NCBI GenBank assembly: GCA_951406725.2 | Contig: OX597814.1 | Coordinates: forward strand, 41,664,001 to 41,728,000 | DNA from: Octopus vulgaris | Lineage: Eukaryota | Direction of reading: 5' to 3' | DNA length: 64,000 nucleotides | Part shown: positions 27,321 through 40,099 of the stretch, piece after piece | Layout: every line of letters starts with the position of its first letter | Numbering within the stretch: the stretch's first letter is position 1 | The notes under the pieces: model-generated | Database searches by the model: none | The model's input: only the letters and a program-made list of their open reading frames with translations | Told to the model about the DNA's origin: nothing | Made by a program: the position numbers and the translations under genes

Positions 27321-27907
27321 AGGCGTATACAAGAATTACAAATAGGTCAAGGCTATTATTCATTTTAATTTCATACATAATAAAGTATACAGGTGTATTT
27401 GAGAATTATTTTAATCAACCGTAATATAATTTATTGTGTTTAAAATGAAGAACAGAAATCAGGTTAATAGACAACGACAAATATAAGATATATGTTTGCA
27501 CGCGATTAACGTACACAATAGAAAGGATGGACAGATCGATTAGTGGTATTAGAGATAGGTAAAGATACTAAATGCCAAGCACACGAACAACCGACAAACG
27601 CACGCAAGCATTCACACACAAACGTATGCACACATATTCACTCTCTCTTATCCTCTCTCTACATCTCTCTCTCTCTGTCTCTCTAACACACGCGTGCACA
27701 CACACGCACATACGTAAATGAATTTACATATTGAAAAATGAAATGGATTAGTATTCAAAGGACAAACATCTAAGAGTTGTCACGTACCATGCCTTGATCG
27801 AAACAAGGCAGGTAAAAACGATTGCCTGTGATGTGTGCATATATTTATGCATACATGATTGCATGAATGTATGTATATATATGTATGTATATATATGTAT
27901 ATATATG

Positions 27908-27977
<70 letters not shown>

Positions 27978-27978
<1 letters not shown>

Positions 27979-28167
27979 TTAACTTGTTTCAGTCATTTGA
28001 CTGCGGCCATACTGGAGCACCGCCTTTAGTCGAGCAAATCGACCCCGGGACTTATTGTTTGTAAGCCCAGTACTTATTCTATCGGTCTCTTTTGCCGAAC
28101 CGCTAAGTGACGGGGACGTAAACACACCAGCATCGGTTGTCAAGCAATGCCAGGTGGACAAACACGG

Positions 28168-28246
<79 letters not shown>

Positions 28247-28500
28247 TACGACAGGCTTCTTTCAGTTTCCGTCTATCAAATCCACTCACAAGGCATTGGT
28301 CGACCCGGGGCTATAGCAGAAGACACTTGCCCAAGATGCCACGAAGGGGGATTGAACCCGCAACCATGTGGTTGGTTACCAAGCTACTTACCACAGCACT
28401 TTTATCTGTTTCAGTCATTTGACAGCGGCCATGATGAAGCTCCGCCTTTAGTCGAGCAAATCGACCCATGGACTTATTCTTTGTAAGCCTAGTACTTATT
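27978..28500 (-). mobile_element. SINE family A (27978-28397) plus a second tail fragment (28398-28500)
   Basis: Reverse-complement match to 33611-34025. Confidence 0.9.
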
Positions 28501-28504
28501 CAAA

Positions 28505-28792
<288 letters not shown>

Positions 28793-30272
28793 GGATGCCG
28801 CAAAGGCTCATATGGCTGTAAAAATGATCTAATGATTAATAAAGCCATAACTGAAGACAGCCACAAAAAGAAGAAAGGCCTCAGTATGGCCTGGATCGAC
28901 TACAAAAAGGCGTTCGATAACATACCCCACACATGGATCCTCGAAACACTAGCCATTAACAAAGTAGCACCTATCATTATAAAATACATAGGACATTATG
29001 AATAAATGGCAAACAGTGCGACAGCTCCAAACAAAAGAGGGACTCATATATACGTATAGAAGGTATCAGAGGCCTTATAGAGATGGAAATTACTATAAAA
29101 TAACCAACATAGGCCTGCAAAAATATCTACTTCAGAAGAAAGGAAAACTGATACAAATAGCGGCAAAACACGAGCAAAACAAAAAACTGTTCTCAGTATT
29201 TAAGGAAGCTGACAAATACAAACAAGAAATCATACCACCTAATAAATATAGAAGAAGAAGAAGAAGAAGAAGAAGAAGAAGAAGAAGAAGAAGAAGAAGA
29301 AGAAGAAGAAGAAGAAGAAGAAGAAGAAGAAGAAGAAGAAGATGAAGAAACAACAAAAGCTATAAAACAAATGAAATCAAAACTAAAAATAGAACAGCAA
29401 TGAACCATGATAAAACGATGGCAAGAAAAGCCCCTTCATGGTAAATACTGGACTAAATTAAATGCAAAAGAAATAGACAAAGAAAAATCCCAGCAATGGT
29501 TGAGAATCTCAGAGACAGAGGGATTTTTAATTGCAGCACAAGACCAAAGACTCCCCACCAGAAATAACCAAAAACATGTAATGAAAAGAAATATAACAAG
29601 TAACTGCAGAATATGTGGAGATGGACAAGAAACAATAAATCATATTATCTCTAGCTGCCCAGTCCTGGTTAAGAAGGAATATATTCACAGACATGACATA
29701 GTTGGAACCTACATTCATTGGAAGCTATGCCAACATTATGGAATAACAACAGAAAATAGATGGTATAGGCACACACCGGAAAAGGTCACAGAAAATGAGA
29801 AGGCAGCCATACTCTGGGATATGCCGATACACACAGATAGAGAAATTAAGGCCAACAGACCAGATATAGGTATCAAAGATCATGAAGAATAAAACATGCT
29901 TTGTAATTGATGTATCAATACCGGCAGATGACAACGTGTTTCTAAAAGAAATGGAGAAACTCTCAAAATACAAAGACCTGGAAATAGAAGTAACCAGAAT
30001 GTGGAATCTAAAAACAGAAACAATTCCTATCCTAGTAGGTGCATTAGGCATGATAAAAAATATTCTGACAAATACATAACAAAAACACCAGGACTTACAA
30101 ACACATATAACATACAGAAAATTGCACTACTAGGCACTGCACACATCCTACGCAGAACAATTTCCATACAATAACCATCAGAGCATCACAACAAATCACA
30201 GCACATACCCAAGGCACACAGAGCTGCGCTAGATAGTGAGGTGAAAGCACGCTATAAAAATAAAACTACTGA
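28793..30272 (+). mobile_element. R4/Dong-type element (family 2), 5'-truncated and internally deleted
   Basis: KGCRKGSYGCK...AWIDYKKAFDNIPH (RT); deletion junction at ~29050; CRICGDGQETINHIISSC (zinc knuckle); NRPDI..IDVSIP..KLSKYKDL (RLE); 3' UTR nearly identical to 45470-45568; (AAT)n tail. Confidence 0.93.
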
Positions 30273-30465
30273 ATAATAATAATAATAATGATAATAATAA
30301 TAACTTCGGAAAAATACCTTAGAAAGGGGAACACAATTTAGACATTTCTGCAGGACACTTGATGAAGTCTGGAGAGTATATTGGCCGTAACGTTGTGTTA
30401 ACAACAAACAAGATGAGGACAAATTTCCGTTAAATGTAAATAATGTAAATAATGTAAAAATGTAA
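30273..30465 (+). repeat. 3' half of the PLE terminal module with a degenerate hammerhead
   Basis: (AAT)n, GAAAAATACCTTAG, GACAC TTGATGA AGTCTG..TGGCC GTAA CGTT GTGTT, then (ATGTAAATA) repeats. Confidence 0.82.
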
Positions 30466-30479
30466 GGCTTAGGTTTTAA

Positions 30480-30790
30480 CATTTCTTTTCCGTCCCTACA
30501 ATTGTTTCTACGCAACGTAAGTCTCCAGGTGCATATGTTTATGCAACCGTTTCCCTGCTTTATGAGATCTAGTTGTGTATCGTTAGATGATATGTAAATA
30601 TTTTCTCAGTAAGTTCAAATTCAAAGAAGCATTTGAACCCGAGAAAGTGACATCACGGTGACAATATTTACATATCACATGAGGAAGCACAACTAGTTCT
30701 CATACTGCAGTGAAACGGTTGCATAAGTAATTTCCTGCAGACCTGAAGAACCTCGTTGAGTAGAAACAATTGTAGCGATTGAAAATATCT
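30480..30790. repeat. Diverged foldback element with ~95-100 bp arms
   Basis: 30483-30577 is an imperfect reverse complement of 30688-30788. Confidence 0.7.
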
Positions 30791-31312
30791 ATCGAAATTA
30801 ACTCCTTTATGTTGATTGATATAAATGAGAGAGGTCAAAAATTAAAGGTATTTTCGCCATAACGTATCTTTATTATTATGACACTGCCTTCTGGCCGTGA
30901 GTGCTTATAGTTAGTATGTTTGCGGTCACGTATTTGAACCTCATCGCGCCATTTTTCTTTCTGTCTTTCAATGTGCACAAAAACAAGAGCGAAGAGCCAT
31001 GATCCAATTTCTCTACTCGGAAGCTGTGTTAGGTACGTAACGTGAAGATTTAGTAAACTCGACAGATGATAATCGGTTCACCATTACAACCTCTCGGATT
31101 ACTGCGCTTTGTTATTCTTTAGTGCAACTCACTAGCGGAGCTGACATGCTTACACTGTAAAACCAGAAAGAAAACTGGTGTGATCTGGCTCAAGTATCTA
31201 TCACGTAACCACAATAGTTCCATTTATAGGTATGCATGTGCAGAAGGCAGTGAGATGATAATAATAAAGTAATGCTATAGCGAAAGTGCAGATAATTGTT
31301 TTACTTCCTCTC

Positions 31313-31375
<63 letters not shown>

Positions 31376-31802
31376 GTATGCAGAGGTAGCGGTTATAGTA
31401 ACCGACTTTGAAATAAAGTATATGTATTTACTATCGGTACTAGCTATCTGTGTTACCTTTGGGTATGGGTATGCAGGCCCACTATGCTTGTAGAGTACAG
31501 GTACTAACAGAATACACAATAGTTTAACAGGAATCAGAATATGAATAATCAGAATAATCAGAAAATGGACAAAACTTTACATCAACAAACAAATCAGTTG
31601 TACCACATCTGTAGCTTATTATTTACTACAAATCATGACATAACATTTTAATGACATAATAACCCGTTTCCGCTTCCGATGACAGTCAATGCCTACAAAA
31701 GAATTACGAAAAAAATATTCTTCATCTTCATAGGGTATTCGAAGTAGAAAATGAAGCGGAGACCTAATATATTAAAATCATACAATCTTCCATTTTTTTG
31801 TG

Positions 31803-32030
31803 AAATAAACACACACAATATTATTTTTCGTCACTCGTTTATTACTGTTCTTATTTTATTATTTTAACTGATGTTTATGGACATAAACACACACACGAAA
31901 ACGAAGAGTGTCGCTGAAGACGTCACAGATGTGAAACGAATGATTCTCGGACAATAGACATGAGTTAAAATAATGAAATAAGAACAGTAATAAACGAGTG
32001 AAAAAATAAACATAGTGCGTGTGTTTATTT
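31803..32030. repeat. Foldback with ~65 bp arms and a hammerhead-like motif in the spacer
   Basis: 31803-31868 pairs with 31963-32030; the spacer contains CTGAAGA..GAAAC. Confidence 0.7.
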
Positions 32031-32084
32031 GGCAAAACAATGACCGTCCCGAAATACATCAATAAAAGAATATATATATATATT

Positions 32085-32237
32085 TGTTTTTTTTTCTCTC
32101 CTTGTTTCTTCCTGTGTTCCTTGCTGTGGAAAAGCGTAGGCTCGAAACGTTAAATACATTTTCAATTCTGGAGCGCTATACTAATACATCTGTTAGTTTT
32201 ATACACTACCTGTCTTCGTCTTTTGTTTTTTTCGTGA

Positions 32238-32242
<5 letters not shown>
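32085..32242 (+). repeat. Short repeat, probable PLE terminus; second copy on the minus strand at ~60392-60560
   Basis: Shared AGCGTAGG(C/T)TCGA...CTAATACA(T/C)CTG...ACCTGT(C/G)TTCGTCTTTT; both copies end at a (TA)n tract. Confidence 0.65.
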
Positions 32243-32274
<32 letters not shown>

Positions 32275-32420
32275 TTACTCACACATATACATACATATAT
32301 AAATACATTACTTATACAAATAAGCATACACATATATATTTGCGTAACTATTTATGAGACCACCTGGGCATGTGTGGGGGTGCACATTTGCTTTTCTCTC
32401 AGTATCTACTTTTCTATCTC

Positions 32421-32470
<50 letters not shown>

Positions 32471-32945
32471 GTGTATGTCTATATGTTTCTGCGTGCATAA
32501 GTATTTCTAAATGTGTATATGTTCTTATACCTATAAGGCTGTAGAGATACTGATTGGCGGAAGAATAAACAAATTAGTATCAGAGAATTGTTACGTGCAT
32601 GTAGTATAACGCAAGCTCGATAGACTGAACGAATGAATTTATTGATTTATTCAGAAAACCAGTGTGTGTTAGAAAGTGGTATAATGTGTGCGATAATGTT
32701 GTTGCATATATCTGTACCACTGTACGTTAGATATATACGTATCAAAAGTGAGTGAGAATATGATATATGAGTGCAAATAGAAAGACAAGTCAAAATGAGA
32801 TTGTAAAACCATCTCAATAAACATAGACGTTGACAAACATATCATCCGACAGGTAAGATACAGAACAAATGGATTTATGCTTAGCCAAATACGTAAAGCG
32901 ATAGGTTAAAAGATATGATATCAGTTGACCTACAAATTTATATTA

Positions 32946-32991
<46 letters not shown>

Positions 32992-33155
32992 TCCTGTTGA
33001 ATGATATTTACTTATGCCATTGTTACAATCCAATATGTCGTATGTAAAAAACTTTCATTTCTGTTTGCAATTGAAACACGTGTAATGGTGAATAAAGAAT
33101 ACCCCAAAGTTTCCCCTTTTACTGTTTTCATATGTTGGTATGTATATATACATGT

Positions 33156-33233
<78 letters not shown>

Positions 33234-33315
33234 ATGTGTGTATATATATATATATGCATATATATACAATTACAGACACACACACTCACACTCACACACA
33301 CACACATATATATTT

Positions 33316-33349
<34 letters not shown>

Positions 33350-33610
33350 TTACCGATATATTTTGAGAGAAGCTAAAAGGTAGATATTCAGAAGATGATA
33401 ATTCGCGTATATTCATATGTGAATTAATTATATGTTGACAAAATAAATTCACATGCAGTTAAAAAAAAAAAATCCAAAACAGAAAACTAAGCGTAGAGTG
33501 CATGGTATTTTATGTCCGACAGCTATTCCTGGGAGCTCGAGATTAAGCTATAATTCTAATGTTCAAAATTAGCAGTTGGACCGCAAAATGTCAAGGATCT
33601 GTTATCCATA

Positions 33611-34025
33611 GGCGTAGCAGTGGCTGTGTGATAAGTAGCTTGCTTACGAACCACATGGTTCCGAGTTCAGTACCACTGCGTGGCACGATCTACTATAGCC
33701 TCGAGCCGAACAAAGCCTTGTGAGTGGATTTAGTAGATGGAAACTGAAAGAAACCTCTCGTATATATGTATATGTATATATATGTATGTGTGTGTATATG
33801 TTTGTGTGTCTGTGTTTGTCCCCCCCCCCCCAACATCGCTTGACAACTGATGCTGGTGTGTTTACGTCCCCGTCATCTAGCGGTTCGGCAAAAGAGACCG
33901 ATAGAATAAGTACTAGGCTTACAAAGAATAAGTCCTGGGGTCGATTTGCTCGACTAAAGGCGTTGCTCCAGCATGGCCACAGTCAAATGACTGAAACAAG
34001 TAAAAGAGTAGACGAGTAAAAGAGA
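33611..34025 (+). mobile_element. tRNA-derived SINE family A, best-preserved copy
   Basis: Head GTGGCTGTGTGATAAGTAGCTTGCTT..CCGAGTTCAGTACC, internal (TA)/(TG) tract, tail TGACTGAAACAAGTAAAAGAG. At least 10 related copies in the window. Confidence 0.92.
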
Positions 34026-34434
34026 ATAGATGAATGCATGTAAATATTACCGTAACACCAGTTTCCTTCGTTAGGGTTGGTTTGGCATATAGACATTCAC
34101 ATATTGGGACTAGAGAATTGAAGTATGCAATGGGAGAGTAGGACAGTGAATAAACGAAGGGAAAAGGGAGGGCAGGCGGTAGAGGAATAATGGAGTTCAC
34201 GTGGTATGTGGGAAATGGAGTGTTGAAGCAGAGGAAGTGCAAGAAGAGATAAAAGAATCCAAGTATTGAAAGGGACTTGAAGTGAGTCAACATTGGATGA
34301 AAAAGAAGTAAAAGCGTTCTGTCAACAGACGATGAAAACGACGTGAGGTAGGTTGTATTGTGAAGGTAAGCGATTTTGGACGTTATGTTGTTATAAAAAT
34401 GTTTATATATCAGATGTTTATAAAGAATAGTGAA

Positions 34435-34740
34435 GACATGGTGCTTAGTGAGTATGGGTATTCGGTTCTTGATTGTAAGGTCGTGAGTTCGATATCTTCT
34501 CGGGCGTTTTGTCCTTTTTCTGTTAGCTCCAGTCCATTCAGCTGGTAAAAATAAGTTGTACCTGTAAATTTAAGTGGCTAGCCTTGTCACATACTGTGTC
34601 ACGCTGAATTGCTCTAGGAATTACGTAAAGGGAACGCGTGACTCAAGAGTGCTAAGCAGCCTGAACTTTAATTTCCCAAGCAAGCTGTTCCGCTGATCGG
34701 ATCAACATGAACACTCTTCACCGTAACCGACTGAGAGCAA
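34435..34740 (+). mobile_element. Decayed family B-related SINE
   Basis: GCTTAGTG...GTGAGTTCGAT head and GCTCCAGTCCATTCAGCTGG central domain. Confidence 0.6.
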
Positions 34741-35039
34741 GTATAAATCAGGTATGGCTGAGGCTAAGTAAATAAAACGAAGCGGCCATGAAGGAAGTGG
34801 GGAGAGGTAGGGCGACAGCGGGGGAAGGGCTGCTGAAACAGAAAGGTAGTTACAAGGAGAAACTTTTTGGGGCGGATACAAAAATTATAGATATTGGAAC
34901 TGCTTATAGATACATCCAGAAAGAAAAGGGGGAAAAATCGACCAAAGCGTTTGGGGTAGTGTCAACGAATGTATACTGATGTGAGGAGGAAGGTATGATA
35001 CGAATTGAAAGATAGAATGGTAGGAAACGAGGAATACTA

Positions 35040-35350
35040 GTGGAACACTCCAATACAAACAGTGATTCAGTGCAAACATTACAGAACTGATAGCTTTCAG
35101 TGGGGCAGAGAACAAAAGTCATGCAATGTTGTAGAGCTCAGCTGTCCAGTAGATGTGAATATACCAACGGAAGTTCAGGAAAAAGAGAACGTTGATAGTA
35201 AATTAATGCACAACTTACAGTTCTTATTTGTACCGATTATCATATTTGCATTGGGTTATGTACCTACAAATTGACACAAACTCCTAGAAATACTTGGTTT
35301 TTCAAAATAAGTTCAAAAGAACTGTCACCGATCTGTCAAATTAAATACTC
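35040..35350 (+). mobile_element. RLE-domain remnant of a further R4-like family
   Basis: ORF 35062: WGREQKSCNVVELSCPVDVNI..VQEKEN...FVPIIIFALG parallels the RLE C-terminus of the other copies. Confidence 0.7.
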
Positions 35351-37767
35351 TCTTATATACATGCATATATCTGTGTGTCTGTGTGTGAAGAAATATTTGT
35401 GCGAAAGAAACCACACTATTTGTAATACAAATGAATTCCGAGAAATTATAAATCATGATTCTAGTGATTAGGAGAAAGAAAATATAGAAATAAAGTTACA
35501 AGCACTTAACTGGTAGCTTAAGTACAGTATAGGATGCTATTTCTGATTATAGATAATTAAGGATATATTCATGATATAAAAGACATTCTTATTTCATTAA
35601 TGGATGTTAAAATATAAAAAGATCGATTCCGATTTAGTCACAAAACCACCAGTTTTGATGGAAACGGATTACTCATTACTGTCAACCTCTGTTCTTGACA
35701 GACGTTTTATTATATCGATCCAGAAAAGATGTGAGGCAAATTTGACTTGTTTGATATTAATTCGCTACTTAAAGAACCAGAAAACTAACGAATTATATTT
35801 TTCCGACGCTCTAGCGAATGAACCAGGTCGGCGACTTAAAGAACACTAGATTCTGTCTCTTATGATACGTAATAACATACTGTTAAATTTTACTATGCAA
35901 CTGGAAAGAAAATTTGATTCAGTTCTTTATTTTTCTGTTTGAAAATGTGCGTTTAAAGCCGTTTAGTTATTTGAAAGCCAAATGTCTCCATGTGATTAAT
36001 TTTGAATGTCGATAACTTATTTAAAGATTGCTAAAGCAAATTCAATATGGTTCTGAATTACGTAAACGACAATGTTTGTGCAAAAGTTAATATTGAAATA
36101 TAGTTAAAAATTTTCATATATTTAATTATTGGAATGCATTTAAAAATTATGTAAATAATTTAATCAGTCAAACATATTCAAAAAATCATTTAAATTATTT
36201 AAGATATTTATATTTATAAGCAAAATTGCTACACATTAAACATGTGATTAAATATGGGAGCGCGTTGCTGATTTTAATTATTGAGTCTTTTTGTTTTGTT
36301 TGTTTTTTGTGTGTGTTCTCCACGTTTTTAATGAATATCAGATATTTACGAAAACGAAGTCACATCGTTGTTTACTTTGGCACAATAAACGATTGTTGTG
36401 CCTTATAACTTCCTTGAAACAGAAAGACACTGCTTTGAAAATAGATTATGGTGATTAAGGTAGTTCTTCATACATTTGCTCGCTTTAGTGTGTGGGGGTG
36501 GATGTGTGTGTACATATGTTTTGTTGGAAGTAGGTGTTTATGGGGTTTTCATAAAAGTGTATGAAGAGAAGTGACATGTTCCTGCAAGAGTTTCAATAAA
36601 TATATTCTATAGTAAATATGATTGATAATTTAGTGATTTTCCTTGTATCGTGTGATGTTGTATTCAAATCATGTATATTTTATTTTCCTCTTGAACTGCG
36701 CCTGCTGTAATTAAATTATTGTTGTAACACTCCAGTAGTCCTTCTAATAAGCGCATTTTGAATACATTTTAGTTAATGCTATTCTTTTGTGAATAAAAAA
36801 TTAGTGTTACCTGTTAATTTTCAAATATACCCAAGTATTTCGATTCGCTACGTATAAAATTTTATCTAGTTGCAGATCGCCAATCTGGAATTATGATACA
36901 CTATAAGGTCCCACGCATAAATAAGAAACTAGATCTTTTTTAAAAAGCTATAGTATTCCTCAGAGTATCAGGAAGTCCCTAAGGAATTACGTAGCAATAA
37001 CAATCCCTCACAACTACATATTTCCCTAGAAATAATGTGAGTGTTTTTTGCAATTTATTGCAAGTATATATTTCCGATGGTTTAGTTATTCCATCAACGT
37101 TTCTATGTCGAACAGCACAGCATTTTGCTTCATGACTCATAAAATAAACATTTGATTTCTTTTTACGTAGCATAATCACAATATCATATTTCTGATAAAT
37201 GCTAAATGCAATAGATACTGTATATCTGAGAATCATTAAAAGTATGGCTTCAATATCGTAGACTAGTTACCGTTTTGCATCAACTTCCATTTAGAATTTC
37301 TAATTGAAGTTGTATTTATCTTTAAAACATATAAACCGCTGTATATGAGAACTATTGTTATTGTAAATACGTAATTATGATTAGAGATTGATTTTCAGGA
37401 TGATAAGATCAAGTATGGTACTGCTGATAAAGCCAAAAGAAATTTTAAAAGGATTTGATCGGTAACATTAAGAGAATAGCCGTCAAATATAAAACAAAAC
37501 AATAATTAATAGTATCTGTTCTATCTTATGTGTTCTACAATGCGCGGAAAACCCTGACAGCTTCTGACAATAACGCTTAGAGAAAAATATGTAGCTTCTA
37601 TATAGTTTTACACACATTTTTTTTATTTAATGCGTTTCAGCCAAATTGCTGTTGTCATTCTGGTGCATTGTTGGAATCATTCATTACATTTAAAACATTT
37701 TTTTGGTGAAGATTATCTTTGATAATGCTTCGCTGTATGTGTTTCATACACATACACACACACACAT

Positions 37768-37798
<31 letters not shown>

Positions 37799-37863
37799 AA
37801 TACATATATATACATATATATGCATATAATATACATAAATACATTCATACATACAAACATATA

Positions 37864-37909
<46 letters not shown>

Positions 37910-37910
<1 letters not shown>

Positions 37911-39427
37911 ATAATGGGACAATACTTGTACACACCAAAGTACTGAAGACAGAAGAGTCCCAGAAATCATTTCTTTTAAGGCCAGAGCAACAGAATCCAC
38001 GACACCAGATGGTACATACCAACCCTGAAAATACAAAAATCTCTCAAACCTAAACATGTGAGCCCAAAAAATCAAAATCCTCTCAAATGGACTGAAATTC
38101 ACTACAACTCCACAATACTGTAACCTTAATTAGATACAGAATGATTTCTCACATTTTGCAGAAATTTACGCCTCACAGAGGAATTCTTTGACAAAGGATA
38201 TAGTAACGGTGAATCAATTGTTCGCAATAAAAGCAATTATAGTCCTACAAAAGGCAGAATGAAAATTCTGGACAAATTTTGTGACTACATTTCCAACTTC
38301 CCTTATAGTGAACTACCAAATCCTAAGCCTAAATCCAATACCAGTAAAAGTGAATGGGAAATCATCTACGAGTTACAAAGCGATCGTGACATCACAATCA
38401 AGGAAGTAGAAAATGGTAGTACTGTCGTAATTATGGACACTGAACAACACAAAATCTCTGTATCTCACGTCTTACGAGATACTACCTACTATGAAAGAGT
38501 AGTCAACTACCAACAATCAGAAGCAATTTCCAAATTAAACACACTTATTGGCCAACATCGAAATAGCTTAACGGCAGAGGAATTCGACAACCTCACAAAT
38601 TTTGATTGCAAAACCAGCAACATCTATGGGCTTCAGAAAATTCACAAGAGCAAAATAATTAACAAAGCTTGCAAAAAGTTTACCTCAACCTGCATCACTG
38701 TACCACATCCCACTGATCTCAAACTGAGACCAATTTTGGCAGTCCTAAACAGTGAATCACACAAATTAAGAAACTTCATTGATATACTCTTACAACCAAT
38801 ACTTAAACACATACCAAGTATTTTAAGAGATGACCAGGACCTCCTAAACCAACTACCCAAGCATAACAATAGAGACATTTTCATCGTCTCTTTTGATGTG
38901 ATAATACTTTATACCACGATCCCACATTGATATGGGTGAGAAGACATTACATTCTGGCTAGAAAAATACCCCAATGAGGTCCCGGAAAAAAAAAAAAATT
39001 TATCATTGAGGGCCTTACGTTTATCCTCCAAAACAACTTCTTAACTTTTAATAATAATACCTACAAAAAGGAATCAGGAACTTAAATGAGTACTAAAGTT
39101 AGCCCAACTTATATCAAACGCGTGATGGCCTACCTAGAATTACAAATCTATGAACAATCCAAATGAAGATACGACCAATCTTTCCACAAATACCTGTTGG
39201 ACAATTGGAAAAGCTACTTGGACTGCATTATCCTGTGGTCTCACACACTCGACCAATTCAATGACTTCAAAAATTTAATCTACAGTGTTAACAAACAAAT
39301 CCAATTTATAATGGAATATAGTCAAGACCAACTTACATTTCTAGACATTCTTATAAAAAAGGCAACATTGAAACTGATATCCACTTCAAACACACTGATT
39401 CCAAACAACATCTCCTGTTCAACTCCA

Positions 39428-39430
<3 letters not shown>
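37910..39430 (+). mobile_element. Penelope-like element RT pseudogene (second family), bounded by (TA)n on both sides
   Basis: ILSNGLKFTTTP, IYGLQKIHKS, LKLRPILA, SFDVIILYTTIPH (ORF 38259-38930), YLDCIILW, LTFLDILI. Confidence 0.9.
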
Positions 39431-39479
<49 letters not shown>

Positions 39480-39597
39480 AAAAGTGAGAAGTGTTTTAAT
39501 TTCAGTGACCCTCCTTCAGTTGACTCAAGCAGATTTGTTGCTTTGAACCCTCAACATGTCCTTTCTGACACAAACATCGACGCCACAGAAAATTATT

Positions 39598-39657
39598 AGG
39601 GGAGCATATGATCAATCGATTCCGTGTTTGATTTCAGGCAGTGACCTAAATAATAAC

Positions 39658-39704
<47 letters not shown>

Positions 39705-39736
39705 TAATAATAGTAATAATAATAATAATAATAATG

Positions 39737-39803
<67 letters not shown>

Positions 39804-40098
39804 GAGGTAGAAGAGGAAGAAGAAGAAGAAGAAGAAGAAGAAGAAGAAGAAGAAGAGGAAGTAAGAGGAAGAAGAAGAAGAAGGAAGAAAAGAAGAAGAA
39901 GAAGAAGAAGAAGAAGAAGAAGAAGAAGAAGAAGAAGAAGAAGAAGAACAACAACAACAACAACAACAAAAACAACATCGAAAATTTCCTTAGGAATGAG
40001 ACCCAGGTTCGAAATTTCCCCAAGACACCTGATGAAATGCTTTGTTAACAACAAGCAATATGAGGACAAATATCAGTCAATTGTAAATAATGTAAATT
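39598..40098 (+). repeat. Stand-alone PLE terminal module with an expanded (AAT)(AAG)(AAC) microsatellite
   Basis: Partial head ..TTTGATTTCAGGCAGTGACCTAAA, microsatellite 39650-39975, tail with GACAC CTGATGA (40024-40035) but stem II deleted. Confidence 0.82.
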
Positions 40099-40099
40099 A

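Noticed and set aside
34030-34330. Possible exon (124 aa minus-strand ORF)
   Set aside because: The ORF runs into a SINE and is compositionally biased with no recognisable domain; perhaps an old LINE remnant.
39556-40069. Poly-N/K/R/L/S ORFs (also 28489-29408 and 46253-46624)
   Set aside because: Trinucleotide repeat translations, apart from the RT segment after 28793.
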